A DNA stretch of 62,646 nucleotides, counting the filler, from Choristocarpus tenellus KU-1152 (Eukaryota; Protista; Phaeophyceae), in the NCBI GenBank assembly GCA_964200185.2. It is 14 parts of 14 records of this genome, joined end to end, with 100 filler letters (N's around TTAATTAATTAA, not from the genome) between each part and the next. Parts side by side here need not be neighbours in the genome. Positions count along the whole stretch, not along the records: positions 11,992 to 16,332 come from CAXNAD020015026.1; positions 16,433 to 19,778 come from CAXNAD020020657.1; positions 19,879 to 25,509 come from CAXNAD020010188.1; 11 more parts are not named here. The stretch is one strand, 5' to 3'. The position numbers and the translations under genes are program-made. Position 1 is the first letter of the stretch. Each line of letters starts with the position of its first letter. A model generated the notes under the pieces. The model had not been told where the DNA came from. It saw only the letters and a program-made list of their open reading frames with translations, and made no database searches. Positions 12,747-25,509 of this stretch are shown here, piece by piece.

Positions 12747-12840
12747 ACCTTCGCATTGGAAAGTTTTGGGCGGCTCGGCAAGCAAGCAGAACGTTTGTTT
12801 GGTGAGTTGGCTACACATGTGGTGGGGGGGAGATCTTCAA
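12747..12840 (+). mobile_element. Fragment of the C-terminal restriction-like endonuclease region of an RLE-type (CRE/NeSL-like) non-LTR retrotransposon
   Basis: TFALESFGRLGKQAERLFGELATHVVGG; homologous to 38309-38520. The matching element 3' end lies at about 13200-13243. Confidence 0.65.
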
Positions 12841-12857
12841 GAGACCAGTTCCACAGA

Positions 12858-13481
12858 TATGGGACTGCTCTTCATTCAGAGTTGTCAAACACCAAAGATT
12901 CACTTTGTGCTCATGTCTTGACATTTTCTGATGGTCCTCTCTCAGAAGATCCTCAGTCAGTCAATCTCCACAGTTTTGAGGAAGCAGCCTTGCACTTGTC
13001 CAACCTTAACCTCATCCTGTCGGTTACGGTTCGTCTTGGTCTGTCTGGTTCATCCTTCCTGGTGATTCTCTTCACCACCCTTTCCTGCGTGAAGCACGCC
13101 GCCACAGAATCACGCAGTTCATAGAAAAATATCATTCACACTTACAACAACAGTTACTTTTTAAGGAGTTGTTCTGATATTGAATTGGTTTTGTATTTTT
13201 TTTTCTCCTCACACATCTGCAAAATATTAGAGGGCGTTATAATCTAAATATGGGACTGCTCTTCATTCAGAGTTGTCAAACATGAAAGATACACTTTGTT
13301 CTCGCGTATTGACATTTCTGATAATCCTCTCTTACATGATCAGTAGTCAGTCAATCTCCACAGTTTTGAGGAAGCAGTCTTGCACTTGTACAACCTTAAT
13401 CTTGTCCTCTTGGTTACGGTTCTGGTCCATCTTACCTGGTGATTCTCTTCGCCACTGAGCTACCCACGTCGCTACAGAATC
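12858..13481 (+). repeat. Dispersed direct repeat of ~235-260 bp (12858-13116 and 13248-13481)
   Basis: Both copies begin atatgggactgctcttcattcagagttgtcaaaca and share agtcagtcaatctccacagttttgaggaagcag and cctggtgattctcttc. Confidence 0.9.
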
Positions 13482-16400
13482 ATATGATTAAAAATAATAA
13501 GTGATGTGGAAGTGTCAAGGCAAGGCTCCCTGCAAAGGGGGCAATCACTATCACTAGACTGAACTCTTCCACCAAGAGGGCGGGATCGAGTTTCACAGGT
13601 CTCAGCCCAGCATCTCAAAGTCAGTGGAGGAAATTCAGAACAGAACCAAAACCTTAGTGCACAACAGATGTCACAGAATGACTGAGCAACGTTACAGGAG
13701 GGAAATGGATCAGGTAGAATCGGAATGGATATTCATTCTGACAGTCCTCCTGACTGTTTGGTCAAATCCGGATCTTATGGGTGTGTCTGTTTTTGTGGAC
13801 TAGTCGATATGGGCAAGTTTCAACGACGTGGTTAGTGCGTGCATACGTATGTGGCCTCGCGCCGTATCCACAAAATGCGTGTGTGGGAGATCCCAAAAAG
13901 GAACCTGTCCCTGACATTAATTACTCACCCCCCCAGTGTGGATTCTATCCGACCCGAACACAAAAACGACTGGCCAGCACTTCATGTCGGACAGGTCCAT
14001 CTTTGGGAGGGAAAAAAAAATGAAAAGGTGGAGCACTAGTGGTGATCGGCCCTAGGTCGCATTCTAGTCCAAGAGAAATCTGTGTTCATGGATGGAAAGC
14101 ACAGCGAAAAAAATGACGTGGACCTGCCTGTCTCCTAAGTGCTCCCGGGGATCTCCGGGGATGAAGTTCAACATCACCACAGCTTTGGTACATCAATTCA
14201 TCTACTGGAGAATGTTGTGGAATAGTGTCAAGAGTGTATGGTTGGAAAGTTTAAATATTCTTTGGAGAATTTATGATTATGCTTATTTAAAGACTTCCGA
14301 AAATTAAGACATGAGTTAAGAATAAATTTTATAATTATATTCAGTGTCATGAAAATTATTTTTTCAAAACAATTTAGCTGGAGATATAACGAATCGGATT
14401 ATAGAAGCTTCACGTTCACTAGAAATAGTGATTGAAAAACTCATCTCTCTTACTGACACCTACCTGTAGTACAACAACTTCCCTCCAAGGTGCTTGGACA
14501 ACCAGAAAGTTGGACTTGAAATATTTGTTGTATGCACATTTGTTTTGTGAGGCAGGGTCCAATCAGTTGTGGGGGGTATTCAGAATCACCAGTTGTGTCA
14601 TGGTGGGGTGCTTCCAGCAAACCCAAAGCTCCCTCGGTTATAAAATCTTAGGAAACGTTTTGATGGGGTCTCAGATCTGACGGGTGATATCGCATCTTTG
14701 TGGATGTTCAACCAGAAGTGGTCTGAGGGTCCTCAAACGTTTCTGTGTTTGATATTGGCGAGAAAGTCACCAACGACAAAGAAATGTGCACGCAATGCAC
14801 TTGTGTGTGCACGTGGATGTGTATCTGGACAGAGATTAGCTCCCACAAGGGACCTTTCCGTCACATTTGTTCGTTGTTGTAACAAAATATTATATATGTT
14901 GAAATAATATTTTGAATAATATGCATGCTTCTCACAGATAGGACCAACCTGTGTTTGTGTCTCGAAGTATAAGCTATCTTTCCACCCCACGAGCCCCAAG
15001 TCGTCTGATAGATATGCTCGAAATATCACCCAGATTGAGCCATGGTATGGTCTTCAAGAATTTATTGGCGTTGCTTTCGCCATCATGATATATTTTGTGA
15101 TAATATCTTCCCTATCTGTGGAATCTGGTGGCAACTCACCAGGCCTGCAACCCACTAGTATAGATGCATTCATTGCACTTTCCGGTCCACAAGGAGGGAT
15201 GTCACAAGTATCAGAGGAGGCTTGGTTGCTTGTAGGTGGATGTCCAGTTGGCGGTAATTCAAGTTCTTCGACTGTTGCAGGAAACTCTTTCTTATATGAC
15301 AAGTCGCTTTATTAGTGGCTCTTAGATTAGGGAGGTCCAACGTGTTGTCTTCCCCATAGGCTAGGATCTAGCTGTTCTCCTCTGTGTGCCTGAGAGAACA
15401 AACTGTGACAAGCGTTTCCGCACCAGGGGGAAGGTGTATCTTTTTTACTGTATGCGCTGGTGTAGTGAACTCAGATATGATGACTGAAATTGAAATTTGA
15501 GGTGATATATTTTCATTCTGACGAACATGTCTTGGGAGGGAACAGATGGGAAGTGGTATAATTTTGTGAGTTGCTGGAATGCATTTATCACTGACTTTTT
15601 AAATGGCATTCCTCCTTATCCCAATCTAGCACTGCCCCAAATGCTGACATGATGCCGTTATCCAATAAAGTGTTATCTACTCCCAAGTTAGGTAGACAAC
15701 TGCTTGGACTGGCATTGATATGTCACCAAGTCGTAGTGTAAATCGATTAAAACCATGAATAGATAGAAGTTTACCAGCTCCTTTTAGATTCAGAGCACCT
15801 GCTGGAATCTCCTGAATGGGTGCGTTGCAAAGAGTTGTGTGGGCTTGAAATGTATCCGAATGAAATTACTGGAGTGTCAGTGGTAGTATCAACAGCAATA
15901 TTAATTAAAGGTTCATTATCTACATACCCAGGAATCCGTACGCGGCAAGATGAAACATTCAGCACGCGAGGGGAGTTAGAATAATGTTGGATGGTTGATG
16001 TGTGCCAGCGCCAGCCAAGTTCCAAAAGGATAAACAGGGCAAAACTCATACCCTCAAAGATACTTTCACTCAGTATGGAAAAGTGGAACAACACATTTGA
16101 GGCGGAAAAGAAACTTCACTCACGCCCAAAAGAGGTTGTGAGGAGTAAGAAGGAGCAGATGCAACAGTTGTTACATGTCCTGCCTGTGACATTTTTTGAC
16201 TTGCTGACCTTAAAGGATTAAAAGGTCGTGTCTTAGGTGCTAGCTTTGCAACATCCGTGTCTGCCCTAAACAACACGTCCCTAGATACGCTTTTTTCTTT
16301 TTTAACCCCACAGGTTCCGGGGAAACGGACCCNNNNNNNNNNNNNNNNNNNNNNNNNNNNNNNNNNNNNNNNNNNNTTAATTAATTAANNNNNNNNNNNN

Positions 16401-19098
16401 NNNNNNNNNNNNNNNNNNNNNNNNNNNNNNNNCCTATCCACTGATGCAACCCTCCCCCCCCCCCCCTTGCTCCAAGTCTCTTAATACACACCTCCAAATT
16501 GGCGCATCCTCAACACAATCCCCATTACATGTTCCTCTTCCAGCGCCCTTTCCATCTTTTGGCGTCTTGTTCTTGGGGTTCACCACTATGATGTTCCGGA
16601 GGGGTACAGTAACAGTGGCAACCGGCTGTACAACATTGTAGTATAGGGGAGGCGGGGCAGGGCAGGGGGGCAGGGTAAGGGGTCAAGAAAAAATAGACAC
16701 AATAAACTATACATTGGTGAGTTGTAGGGGAAAAGGGGGCTTTTGAAATAGGGTAGGATAGACTATGCTTACTCTACAATTCCACCAAATAATAAATCAG
16801 TGCTTGGCGGGGTGAAAGACTGAATGAATCGCGGTGATACCTTTTCATACTTCCTCTGGTTCACTAGAGTTAATAACTATGTCCTCAAAACCTTTTGCAC
16901 CTTGCATATTATATTATTTATGTTGTATGATGTTGTATCCGGGAAGTCGTAAGGTATTCTCATTAGGGTTGATGGAGATCATAAACACCCTACACTTAAG
17001 TTCTAATTGTCAGTCTTCAATCAAGTCTAAGCGATGTCTCAATGTCCAAGTGAGTGTTGTTCTTGATGACACCATTGGTCAATGTACAACAAAGGACCCT
17101 TCAACGGGGGGTATGAATCATGTACTTGAGTAGTTTGGCTACCTTGCTGCTGAGGAGTGTGTGACTGCAAGACACCAAAAACTTCTAACACTTGAGATTG
17201 TCCACACCAACACAACCAAAGTCGACACAATGGGAAAGGTGAAGGACATCACATGCCCCCCCCCCACCCAATAAATGATAGGTGCTGCTTGAGACTACAC
17301 TTTGGCAAGTACCAATGACTGCAAGACTTACTGGAGGGTGCAGGGTAGGACATAGTTCTTGGGGTAATCTGATTAGTTTTGCAAAAGCTCAGCGACAACA
17401 TCATACTTAAAGAATATATCTACAACAACATCTTGTCATTAGCCTTCATCGGCCCAGGGTGTGACTGTATCAGTCTGCCCATTTCATCAAGGTTTATTGT
17501 AGTGTGTCGGGGGTTTTCCAAAATATAAAAAAACTAACTTATGTAATAAAAAAAATGTGATTGATTTTCTACCATTTTTTTTTCTCGTAGCAAGTTTACG
17601 AACTAAAACTCTAACTATATTCCCTCAATAGCCAATCAATCACCCAGTGTTTCCAAACACACAGACATGGAAGGCAGTACAGACTTTAAAAGAACATTGT
17701 ATGGTCATTAAAAAAAGAAAAGAAAAAACTTATGTAGGATAAGAGGGTCATGTACTAGAATCGAACAAGAGGTTGAAACCTGACTCAGATAGATACTCGA
17801 AGATAGGGCACAGTGGAGGGAATAACAATTGATATTTGATGTGTTTCATATGTATGTGTTTGCACAGGCATACAGTTAAACAAGGGGTCCTGAACATACA
17901 ACTTCAAATAGGGAGTGACTAAAGTGAAGACTACTACCAAACGGCGAGCTACACAAGGCACACTATCATTCAACAGACGCTCCACCCAACCCAACCCAAC
18001 CCAAGACAAGCAACGAGTAAAAAGTTGAACCTTCTGAAATACTGACAATGATGTAACACCAAAACATCACCTACGCATCACACACTTCAAATGGTACTAG
18101 TACTAGTAGTGGTAGTCATTGAAATGCATTGTGGAAATAGGGTTAGGGAAGAGAGAGGACAAAAGAAGGTGAACGACATCAAGACAAGCAAACCGACCTT
18201 CTCATAAAAACTGTGTGAGTCAAAGCATGTGGCCCACCTACCTACTGGTTTTCACTTCTATGAATAGCAAAGCGATCCATCATCACAAAGGTACATAGTC
18301 AACACTTAACGAGGTATTCTCAGTGGTACGACAGGTTTGGCAAGGAACAGAAGACAGGGGAGAGGGGGGGGGGAGGGATTAATGTGCCACCTTTTGGATG
18401 CCAACAGCCCCCACTTTGTGCATAACCACTAGCTTCAGCATGTCTGTGGCTAGGTTGGCTCGGGTCTCCATGCTCATCAAGGTGTCATCATAGAGTGCTT
18501 CATTGTTCTGTGCCCCAAGAAAGATTAGGTGGTGAATGAGGTATTAGTATCAGTGCTACATATCTCCAAGGTGGAAAATGATCAACGCCATGTACAATGG
18601 AAATCCTGTACGGATCAGGTGCTGCATGACCACAGCAGGAATCCTCCGTTCAGAAGAAGGTATCCTTTGTAAATACTTCATTGTTTCCCTCCCTTCTTGC
18701 TTTGCTCAGAGTGCCACCGCTCCCGATAGGGGCTCATCCAAATGCACAGGCAGGGTTGCGATTTTAATCTCAGAAGGTGCAATGTAATCAAAAGGATGTA
18801 CAGGTACAGCTGAAGTATGCTCGTACTACTCATCACTATCACTACTACAACTATCATTACCAGCTGTAGCCAATCAGCAAACCCTTACGTTATGTGTCTC
18901 CTCTTCTTTGTGTTCATCATGATTATTTTATTTTTCTCTTTTTTTGTCAGCGCTTACTGATGTGCAGGCACGACCTATAACCATTAAAGGTCAAAATAAG
19001 AACTTAGTAGCATGCAAACACCCACAAACACATAGGTTTGTGTACACACAACACACACCGAGGTGAGGTGATGTCACACACGGAACGCCCGCACGATG

Positions 19099-19124
19099 CT
19101 AACCCTAACCCTAACCCTAACCCT
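19099..19124. repeat. Interstitial telomere-like (CCCTAA)n
   Basis: ctaaccctaaccctaaccctaaccct. Other short arrays at about 3272, 33479, 37423, 37478, 37604, 50869 and 57368. Confidence 0.85.
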
Positions 19125-19480
19125 CTCACAACCGTAACAACACTTTTTTTCTTATTGTTGTGTGTCATTTTGTGAACTTAAGTCTAACACTACTTCAACA
19201 ACAATAATAAAAAAAATGTAACTATAACAACTGCACACACTACATCACGGCATACCATGTACTAACAACACCCCTTACACTCATCCCTTCCTCTCTTCCT
19301 CGGCAAAAACTCCAACACCATCACCAGCTATCAAAAATGTAACCAACTCAAAACAAATATAGGGCTTCAATTTCAGGTCAAGTTTTCTTTTTTTTCATTT
19401 GTTAAAACTGGAACCTCACAAAAAAACACCAGGCTCCAATGTACACTACGCTCAAGTTTGAAATGCTGTTTAATCTCCCT

Positions 19481-19632
19481 TCTGAGAGCGCAGCTCTATA
19501 ACAAGATGGGTGATGATACCTTATTAGCAGATAGTATATCCCTAACCCTAACCTTCCTGAGAGCGCAGCTCTATAACAAGATGGGTGATGATACCTTAAT
19601 AGCAGATAGTATATCCCTAACCCTAACCTTCC
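19481..19632. repeat. Near-perfect ~76-bp tandem duplication ending in CCCTAACCCTAA
   Basis: ctgagagcgcagctctataacaagatgggtgatgatacctta(t/a)tagcagatagtatatccctaaccctaaccttc, two copies. Confidence 0.95.
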
Positions 19633-20473
19633 ACAATGGGTGCTCAAAACACCTTAAGACAGCCATAGCATCAATACAACACCCCTCAAAAATCCCCCCC
19701 CCCCCCCCCCCCCCCCCACCCCCCCCAAAAACACCAAAACCCAAACACGCAGCCGGGGGGGAAAGAGGAGGGTAAGGGNNNNNNNNNNNNNNNNNNNNNN
19801 NNNNNNNNNNNNNNNNNNNNNNTTAATTAATTAANNNNNNNNNNNNNNNNNNNNNNNNNNNNNNNNNNNNNNNNNNNNGTACGTTTATATTTGGTTAGGT
19901 ATGATACAGAATACGTACGTATATAAAATATAATAAGTCAACATTAATCCACACGTCAGTGATGATGGATGGTTGACAGGCAACTAATAATTCAGTGTGT
20001 GTTTTACTATGTAATTCAACAGCTAGCTTCCGGCGACGAGCTTCATGTGCGTCAAGCTTCTCAATAGATCATCCCGCCGTCCTGGTCGTTGTGTCCAGCA
20101 CGCGGCATCCATTTGGTTGTGTACCACCCGAAGTCGGGTCCAGATCATCCCTACGGGGTGAAGGGTTCCGAACTAAGGCAGTCGACCATTCCTGCCATGT
20201 AGATTACTTGTTCCATCTCAGACTACAGCACCATCTAACGCACCACAACCATAAGGAGAGGCTCGTGGACTTGTGAGATGGAGCGCGAGAGAGGAGAAAC
20301 GTTGGGGTGGTATCGTGGCAGTTGAAAGTCATCCACAAACAATGGCCGTTATGCTAACGAGCTGATCCCTGCACAAGATGACGGAGACATGCGATGCAAT
20401 ACAAGTCGGAGCTGAAGCTGTGTCTAAGCCTGCGCCAGATGGACTTGGAGCAGTCACCATACTTATCCCTGAA

Positions 20474-20657
20474 GGCTCGAAGTATCTGGGGGGTGGTGGC
20501 GGCTGTCCATTTTAGATCCATTTTTCCATGTCGCGATTGTTGGGTGATTTGGTTGCATGCGTCGGATGGATAAAGTAAGTGTACATTTCCTGATCAGGGC
20601 CCAAATGGACACTCTGTTGTACAACCCCCCTCCCCCCCCCCCGAGGTACTTTGCGTC
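20474..20657 (+). mobile_element. Full MITE family A copy with 4-bp TSD (TGAA)
   Basis: tgaa|ggctcgaagtatctgggg...ccccgaggtactttgcgtc|tgaa. Confidence 0.9.
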
Positions 20658-21699
20658 TGAAGGGGCATGTCCGTTGATTGGAGATGACATCATTCTTGCT
20701 TGCAGAGCGAGAGATGCAGTCGGGGTACCTGCCACCAAGAGGAGCAGGATAACAACAGGAGTAGTGGCTAAGCCTCCACCAGAGGTGAAAGGATCAGCTA
20801 CACCTGGGATGCTTGCCGCGATGGCACACCTCCACTACCCCAATCGTCAAAAAAAGGGCTAGAGTCGAGCCTCCAACTCCCAATAGGGAAGGAGCCAAGC
20901 AGGCAACCCCTGGAGGGGAATGCCTTACTAGTACCGAGGTGCTCTTACCTTCATGGCAGACTTCGATGTCCCTCTGCTCGCCCGTGAAAAGGCTCGAACT
21001 GAGCCTCCAACTCCTGAGGGAGAAGAAGCCAAGCAACCAACTCTGGTAAGGGAAGGCGTTGCTCTTTCCAAGGTGGTTCCCACAATGGCAGACTTGATAA
21101 CTCTGGCAGGGACGGCACCCTGACGAGACAGGTGGTCGGCGACGACTGCCAGCACAAGACTGGTGAGATTGGGGGAGTGGAGCTTCACAAGTCTGATCAA
21201 GGGAGGGGAGGCCGTGACATGTTGCCTGGGCCTAAATTTTCATTTACCCCCCCCTGTGCTCTCAATATTGCCTGGCCCATTGGAGGGCAAAGTAGGTGGA
21301 ATAAGAAGCACTTTCAAGGTGCCCATCATCCACCTGGCATGGAGTGCCACACGTTTAACCAGGGTAGGGGATGCCAAGGCATATTGCTAAGACTAGTCGA
21401 GCTTGAATACCCTCTCCTCTCATGTGCTGCCTGGCGCACTACTGGACTGGAAGGGGTCTACCAGAGGCATCTCCAGAGCTGCATGGTGGATGATTGGAAC
21501 TCAAGTGTATAATATGGTCAGGCCTCATGCAAACTTCACATGAGATCCAGGTGGCATGGTGACTCTTAAGGAGGCAGTGTATTGATTGGGGTTTGGGGTG
21601 ACCAGTACCAGCTTTGGGGTGCATTGGAGCATACCCAAATCATTGAGGCTGGAAGAACCTGTGCATGCTGGAGGAATATTCAATCTTGATGTTAAGTAA

Positions 21700-22560
21700 A
21701 GCATTGCAATTTGATCTTGGCGGATATTTTGTTTTTAGCATCTGTGCTTCGCGGCACTAATGGCTTATTTTGCTTGGGAGAAGTTCGTTGAATCTCTGTT
21801 TGACCAGATAGTATGTTGCGCAATGCAGATATTTCTCTTGTACAGACAAATTTATCTGCCCCCTTTCGTTTTGAATAATTGTGCTGAGGTATGCTGAATG
21901 TCATATGTGTCACGAAACGGGTAACATTGATATTTGCCTGGAGATGCGTATTTTGTATAATGTTCTGTACCACTGAATGTCGTTGCTTTTTTTGTTTACA
22001 GATTATAATTGAGTTGACAAGTATGGCTTTCATTATTATAGTTTGTGTTGAATTCTACACCTTTTAACACTGTTGATCGTTATTGGTTGCAGACAAAGTG
22101 ATTTCTGAATTTGCAAGCTCATTTCCCCAAGTGCAGCAAACGCATTTGCTGTGCAAGATAATTCTGGTTGACTTTAAATGCTAGAGATACCCAAGCTCGT
22201 AGAATAGTTTGGGAAGACTTGCTCGTAAGGGTTTTCATCCAGCAGCAACCTTGTAAAGGTGAGTCACACCTCCCAAGTGAAATCCGATCTTAATTTTAAC
22301 TGTCTAAGTTTTGGCCTGGTAAAATGATGTCCCATCATGCTATGTTGCGACAGGGGAGTATCTCATATGAGTTTATGGCTTTACCGTTGCTCTGCTAGGA
22401 ATGACGTCCATCCCATTGTGTGTTCATAGAGGGGATTGTGTCATGCAAGTGCTTTGAACACTTGTGTGTTTAGTAGGTTTTGCAATCGAGTAGTAGTTGA
22501 CTTCACCCCCACATATACATGGTTGTGATAGGTTGTACTGGTGTGCGCATCCAATGTTGG
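21700..22560 (-). mobile_element. Highly degenerate LINE-like reverse transcriptase remnant
   Basis: Weak RT and post-RT-like motifs (e.g. SAQLFKTKGGR*I) with many stops; low certainty. Confidence 0.3.
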
Positions 22561-23519
22561 TAAGTTCTAAGAGGTATTTAATGTGGAAAGACCTGCCCCA
22601 ACCTTGAAGAATTTGTTAGATTATTAATGTTAAGAACTACATCCAGAGTCCTGGTTGGGTGGCATGGTTTAACATCCTCCAGTTTGTTCTTGAGATTTCT
22701 CGTAGCAGAGAAGAGAGTGACAATGGATTCGCTTTCAGTCTATTTCAAGCAATTCGAATGGCATGCTGTCTGGATTTGTGAGTTTGTTACCATCGATTGC
22801 ACAGTGCACAGCTGAATGCCAGAGTTTTTCTGGGTTTGCAAAGATGGTATTTATGTCGCACCGACTTCTAGTTATGACTGCGGCTTGATTATGTCCCTCT
22901 GTGTAACACTCCGTGTTATGTGCCGAATATTTGCTCAGTATGGGCCCCTACAGTCGCTGTATATGCACCTGTACTATGTTCCATAAATGTGGTACCCACC
23001 CACAGTTTGTTCGACACCTATGGCATGTATAGTGTGGTGGACCAGGAGCAGTAGCCTGTATGTTGCACCTGGATCCCGCTGAGCAGGGCATGGTTACATC
23101 TGTACAATGCAGTCGTCTAAACTTGATATGATATACTGCATGTACTGCACTCTGCAGTAATGACAGACAAGAGACTGCTATGCTGTGTCCTGCTGGTCTC
23201 GAGCAGACTTGTTATTTTGCTCAACGTTAGACTTGACGTTTTTGGAAACCCCTCGGTCAAGTAGTGAAAAAAAATGAGAGTTCGCTCGATATAAGAGAGA
23301 ATTGGCAGGAAAACGACGAAACTTCTCTTATAGCCTGAAAAGTCGTGACAAGGGAATTTGCCCTCTCTTATATTGACCTCTTGTGTGTTTTCAGACCAAG
23401 AATCGTTGTTGGTTCTACTTGTATGATTAGGTAGTCATGATGGACTCTATTTCTTCGGCTTGGCATTCCCACTGATTGGTCGTTTGGAAGCCGTTTTATT
23501 TCATAGTGCGTTGTTCTTG

Positions 23520-23963
23520 CATTATTATCAACTGAAAGTCATTTAAAAGAATGAACTGTATGACCAGGGGCTAATTTTGACAGCACATGCCTCATCTGAC
23601 TAGGAAAATCATAGTTGCATCGTTAGTTTTTGCTGAACTACCTAATATGCAGTGCTATCATTTTGTTGGGTTTGAATTTCTTGATATCTGTTTGGAGAGT
23701 TTTTCACTGAGTTCAGTAGCTAGTTATGTCTAGTGATCGCTCACAGTTGTGGGAGCTAGGGAGGGTGTTTGAATAGACTCCTCTAACCGTATCAGAGATA
23801 GCTAGTAGTATACATGTCGAGTCAGTATGCAAGAGTTACTAATTGGTAAACCCATCTTTGCTCTTGTATATGAATGAGTGAATAGGAATTGTCTCTATTG
23901 ACCACGTTGGTTTACGGTTGTATGGTCGCCCCCTCTGCTGAAGATTATCACTTCTCTACAACA
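23520..23963 (+). mobile_element. Ty1/copia 3' remnant: degenerate RNase H, PPT and 3' LTR (23766-23963)
   Basis: ELYDQGLILTAHASSD*; agggaggg PPT followed by TGtttgaatagactc...ctctacaaCA. The same PPT/LTR start is seen at 57945 (-). Confidence 0.6.
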
Positions 23964-24249
23964 TATGATATTATCACTTTATCGCTCCTATCCATACATA
24001 AGTGAGGGGATAGTTTTAACAAGTCCCTGTCCATCAAGATCGGACTGCCATCCCCCAATGTGTGAGGGGTGCCCATTTCCCTACAGATTTTGTTCTAAAC
24101 TGTTTCACCATTGGTGTGAACTGGCTTACTCGTCCTCCTGACCTAGGACGTATATGCATGTTGAGTGTCAATATTTTTCCTTCCTGCACCGAGCCACCAG
24201 GTACCTTTTCAATAATACCTCTCTCTCCTCACAGGCCTTCTGGCGGCAA

Positions 24250-24590
24250 GGCTTATCTACACAAAAGGAATCTGGCATGCTGGGTCCTGTGGCAGGCAAG
24301 AGCCAGTGATCGATGTCTATGTAAAAATATAACCCAGCGTTCAATTTGTTGCCATATCACAATTGCCTAGAAGACGGTAAGGTGCAGTGCAGAGGGGAAC
24401 ACATTTATTCGACCGCAACCACAGACTTGGTGAACCCCAACTCAAATTTCTTCCACCTCATGTTTCAACCATTCTCGGAACCATTTGATGCGCTTTTGGG
24501 GAATCTTTTTAGGTCAGCTTCCTATGTTTTGGGGATGTTTTTTTGGGACATTCGATGGAGTTTGTGGTGACGTTTCACGATGTTCTTGGG
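24250..24590 (-). mobile_element. Tc1-like transposase remnant
   Basis: Frameshifted pieces PKKIPQKRIKWFREWLKHEVEEI*VGV and GNKLNAGLYFYIDIDHWLLP resemble the Tc1 R..W..W..V and G.MN...Y..IL...LLP motifs. Confidence 0.4.
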
Positions 24591-24914
24591 GATGATTTTA
24601 GCACTTCGTAAAAAAACATGAAAAAATACATCTCATTCTTCTCCCACCATGTTACAGAAACCATTGTGAAGTGCTACAGCAGCATCCTTTGATTTTTTTT
24701 TCAATCTTTTCATTACATGTTGAAGAGTCGCTACAATCCTCTGAAAATTTATCTCACAAAACGGTTGTTGGAGCTTGAGGTAATATTCTGTGGGGCATGT
24801 GTGCTAAGAATATTGATGTTAAAAGAGGGTTTTGTATGTGTTACCGTAAATTGTATGCTTTTGGCACAAAATATTAGGCTAGATTGAAAGTGCTGCGATG
24901 ATTGCATTGGATAT

Positions 24915-25308
24915 AATGCTTGGACCATCAACGTAAACTGTGTATACCCCCAAAAGCCTCTCAAGTGTTGACCCACTTCGTGGTGCTCCTTCTCCTCTGA
25001 TCTACTTGTTTGTAGCCCCTCTCATGATTACAACAAGGTCCTTGGAGATGGCTGTGTCAGAGGTAAACTCGTTAGCTGTCACATTTAGCACTGTAGTGAA
25101 GATGTTAAAGGCAATCGGAGCAAGAACACACCCCTGCTGAAGGCCCTATCCGACCTCTAACAAGTGTGTTCACTCACCATCATCCATGCAAATACATGCC
25201 CTCATACGATCGACGAATTGGCTGATGAAAGAAATCATCTTTGGAGGTATGCTAAATTTGACTAGCACAACCAACACGGAGATTACGGTCAACAGAGCCA
25301 CATGCTTT
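24915..25308 (-). mobile_element. RTE-like LINE reverse transcriptase fragment (decayed)
   Basis: KACGSVDR..KFSIPPKMISFISQFVDRMRACICMDDGE*...G*GLQQGCVLAPIAFNIF...VYVDG match the RT motifs KAYDSVDR, GLRQGCVLAP.LFN and YADD. Confidence 0.88.
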
Positions 25309-25321
25309 CTGAGATTAATCA

Positions 25322-25509
25322 GAGTGAAAGTACCTTAGAGGGTGCGAGTTTTGCCCTGTTTGTCCGTTTGTGACTTGTCTTCCCACGAGTTTCATATGAC
25401 ATTTTCCCTACTTCTAAAAATTTCGGAGTAGGTAAAATGCATTTGTTATAAGAACCAAAGTATCTTAGAGCGTAGAGCCGCGTCCATTTCGGGGTCAAAA
25501 ATCCAATGC
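25322..25509 (-). mobile_element. MITE family B fragments (gagtgaaagta end, then a second end)
   Basis: Matches 4893-5153 in reverse. Other B-type pieces at 16032-16071, 47208-47244 and 49534-49750. Confidence 0.8.

Noticed and set aside
16433-18870. Multi-exon gene on the minus strand of contig 4
   Set aside because: Exon-like pieces exist (e.g. about 18390-18505 and 18560-18863), but they contain stops and no recognisable family, so no model can be supported.
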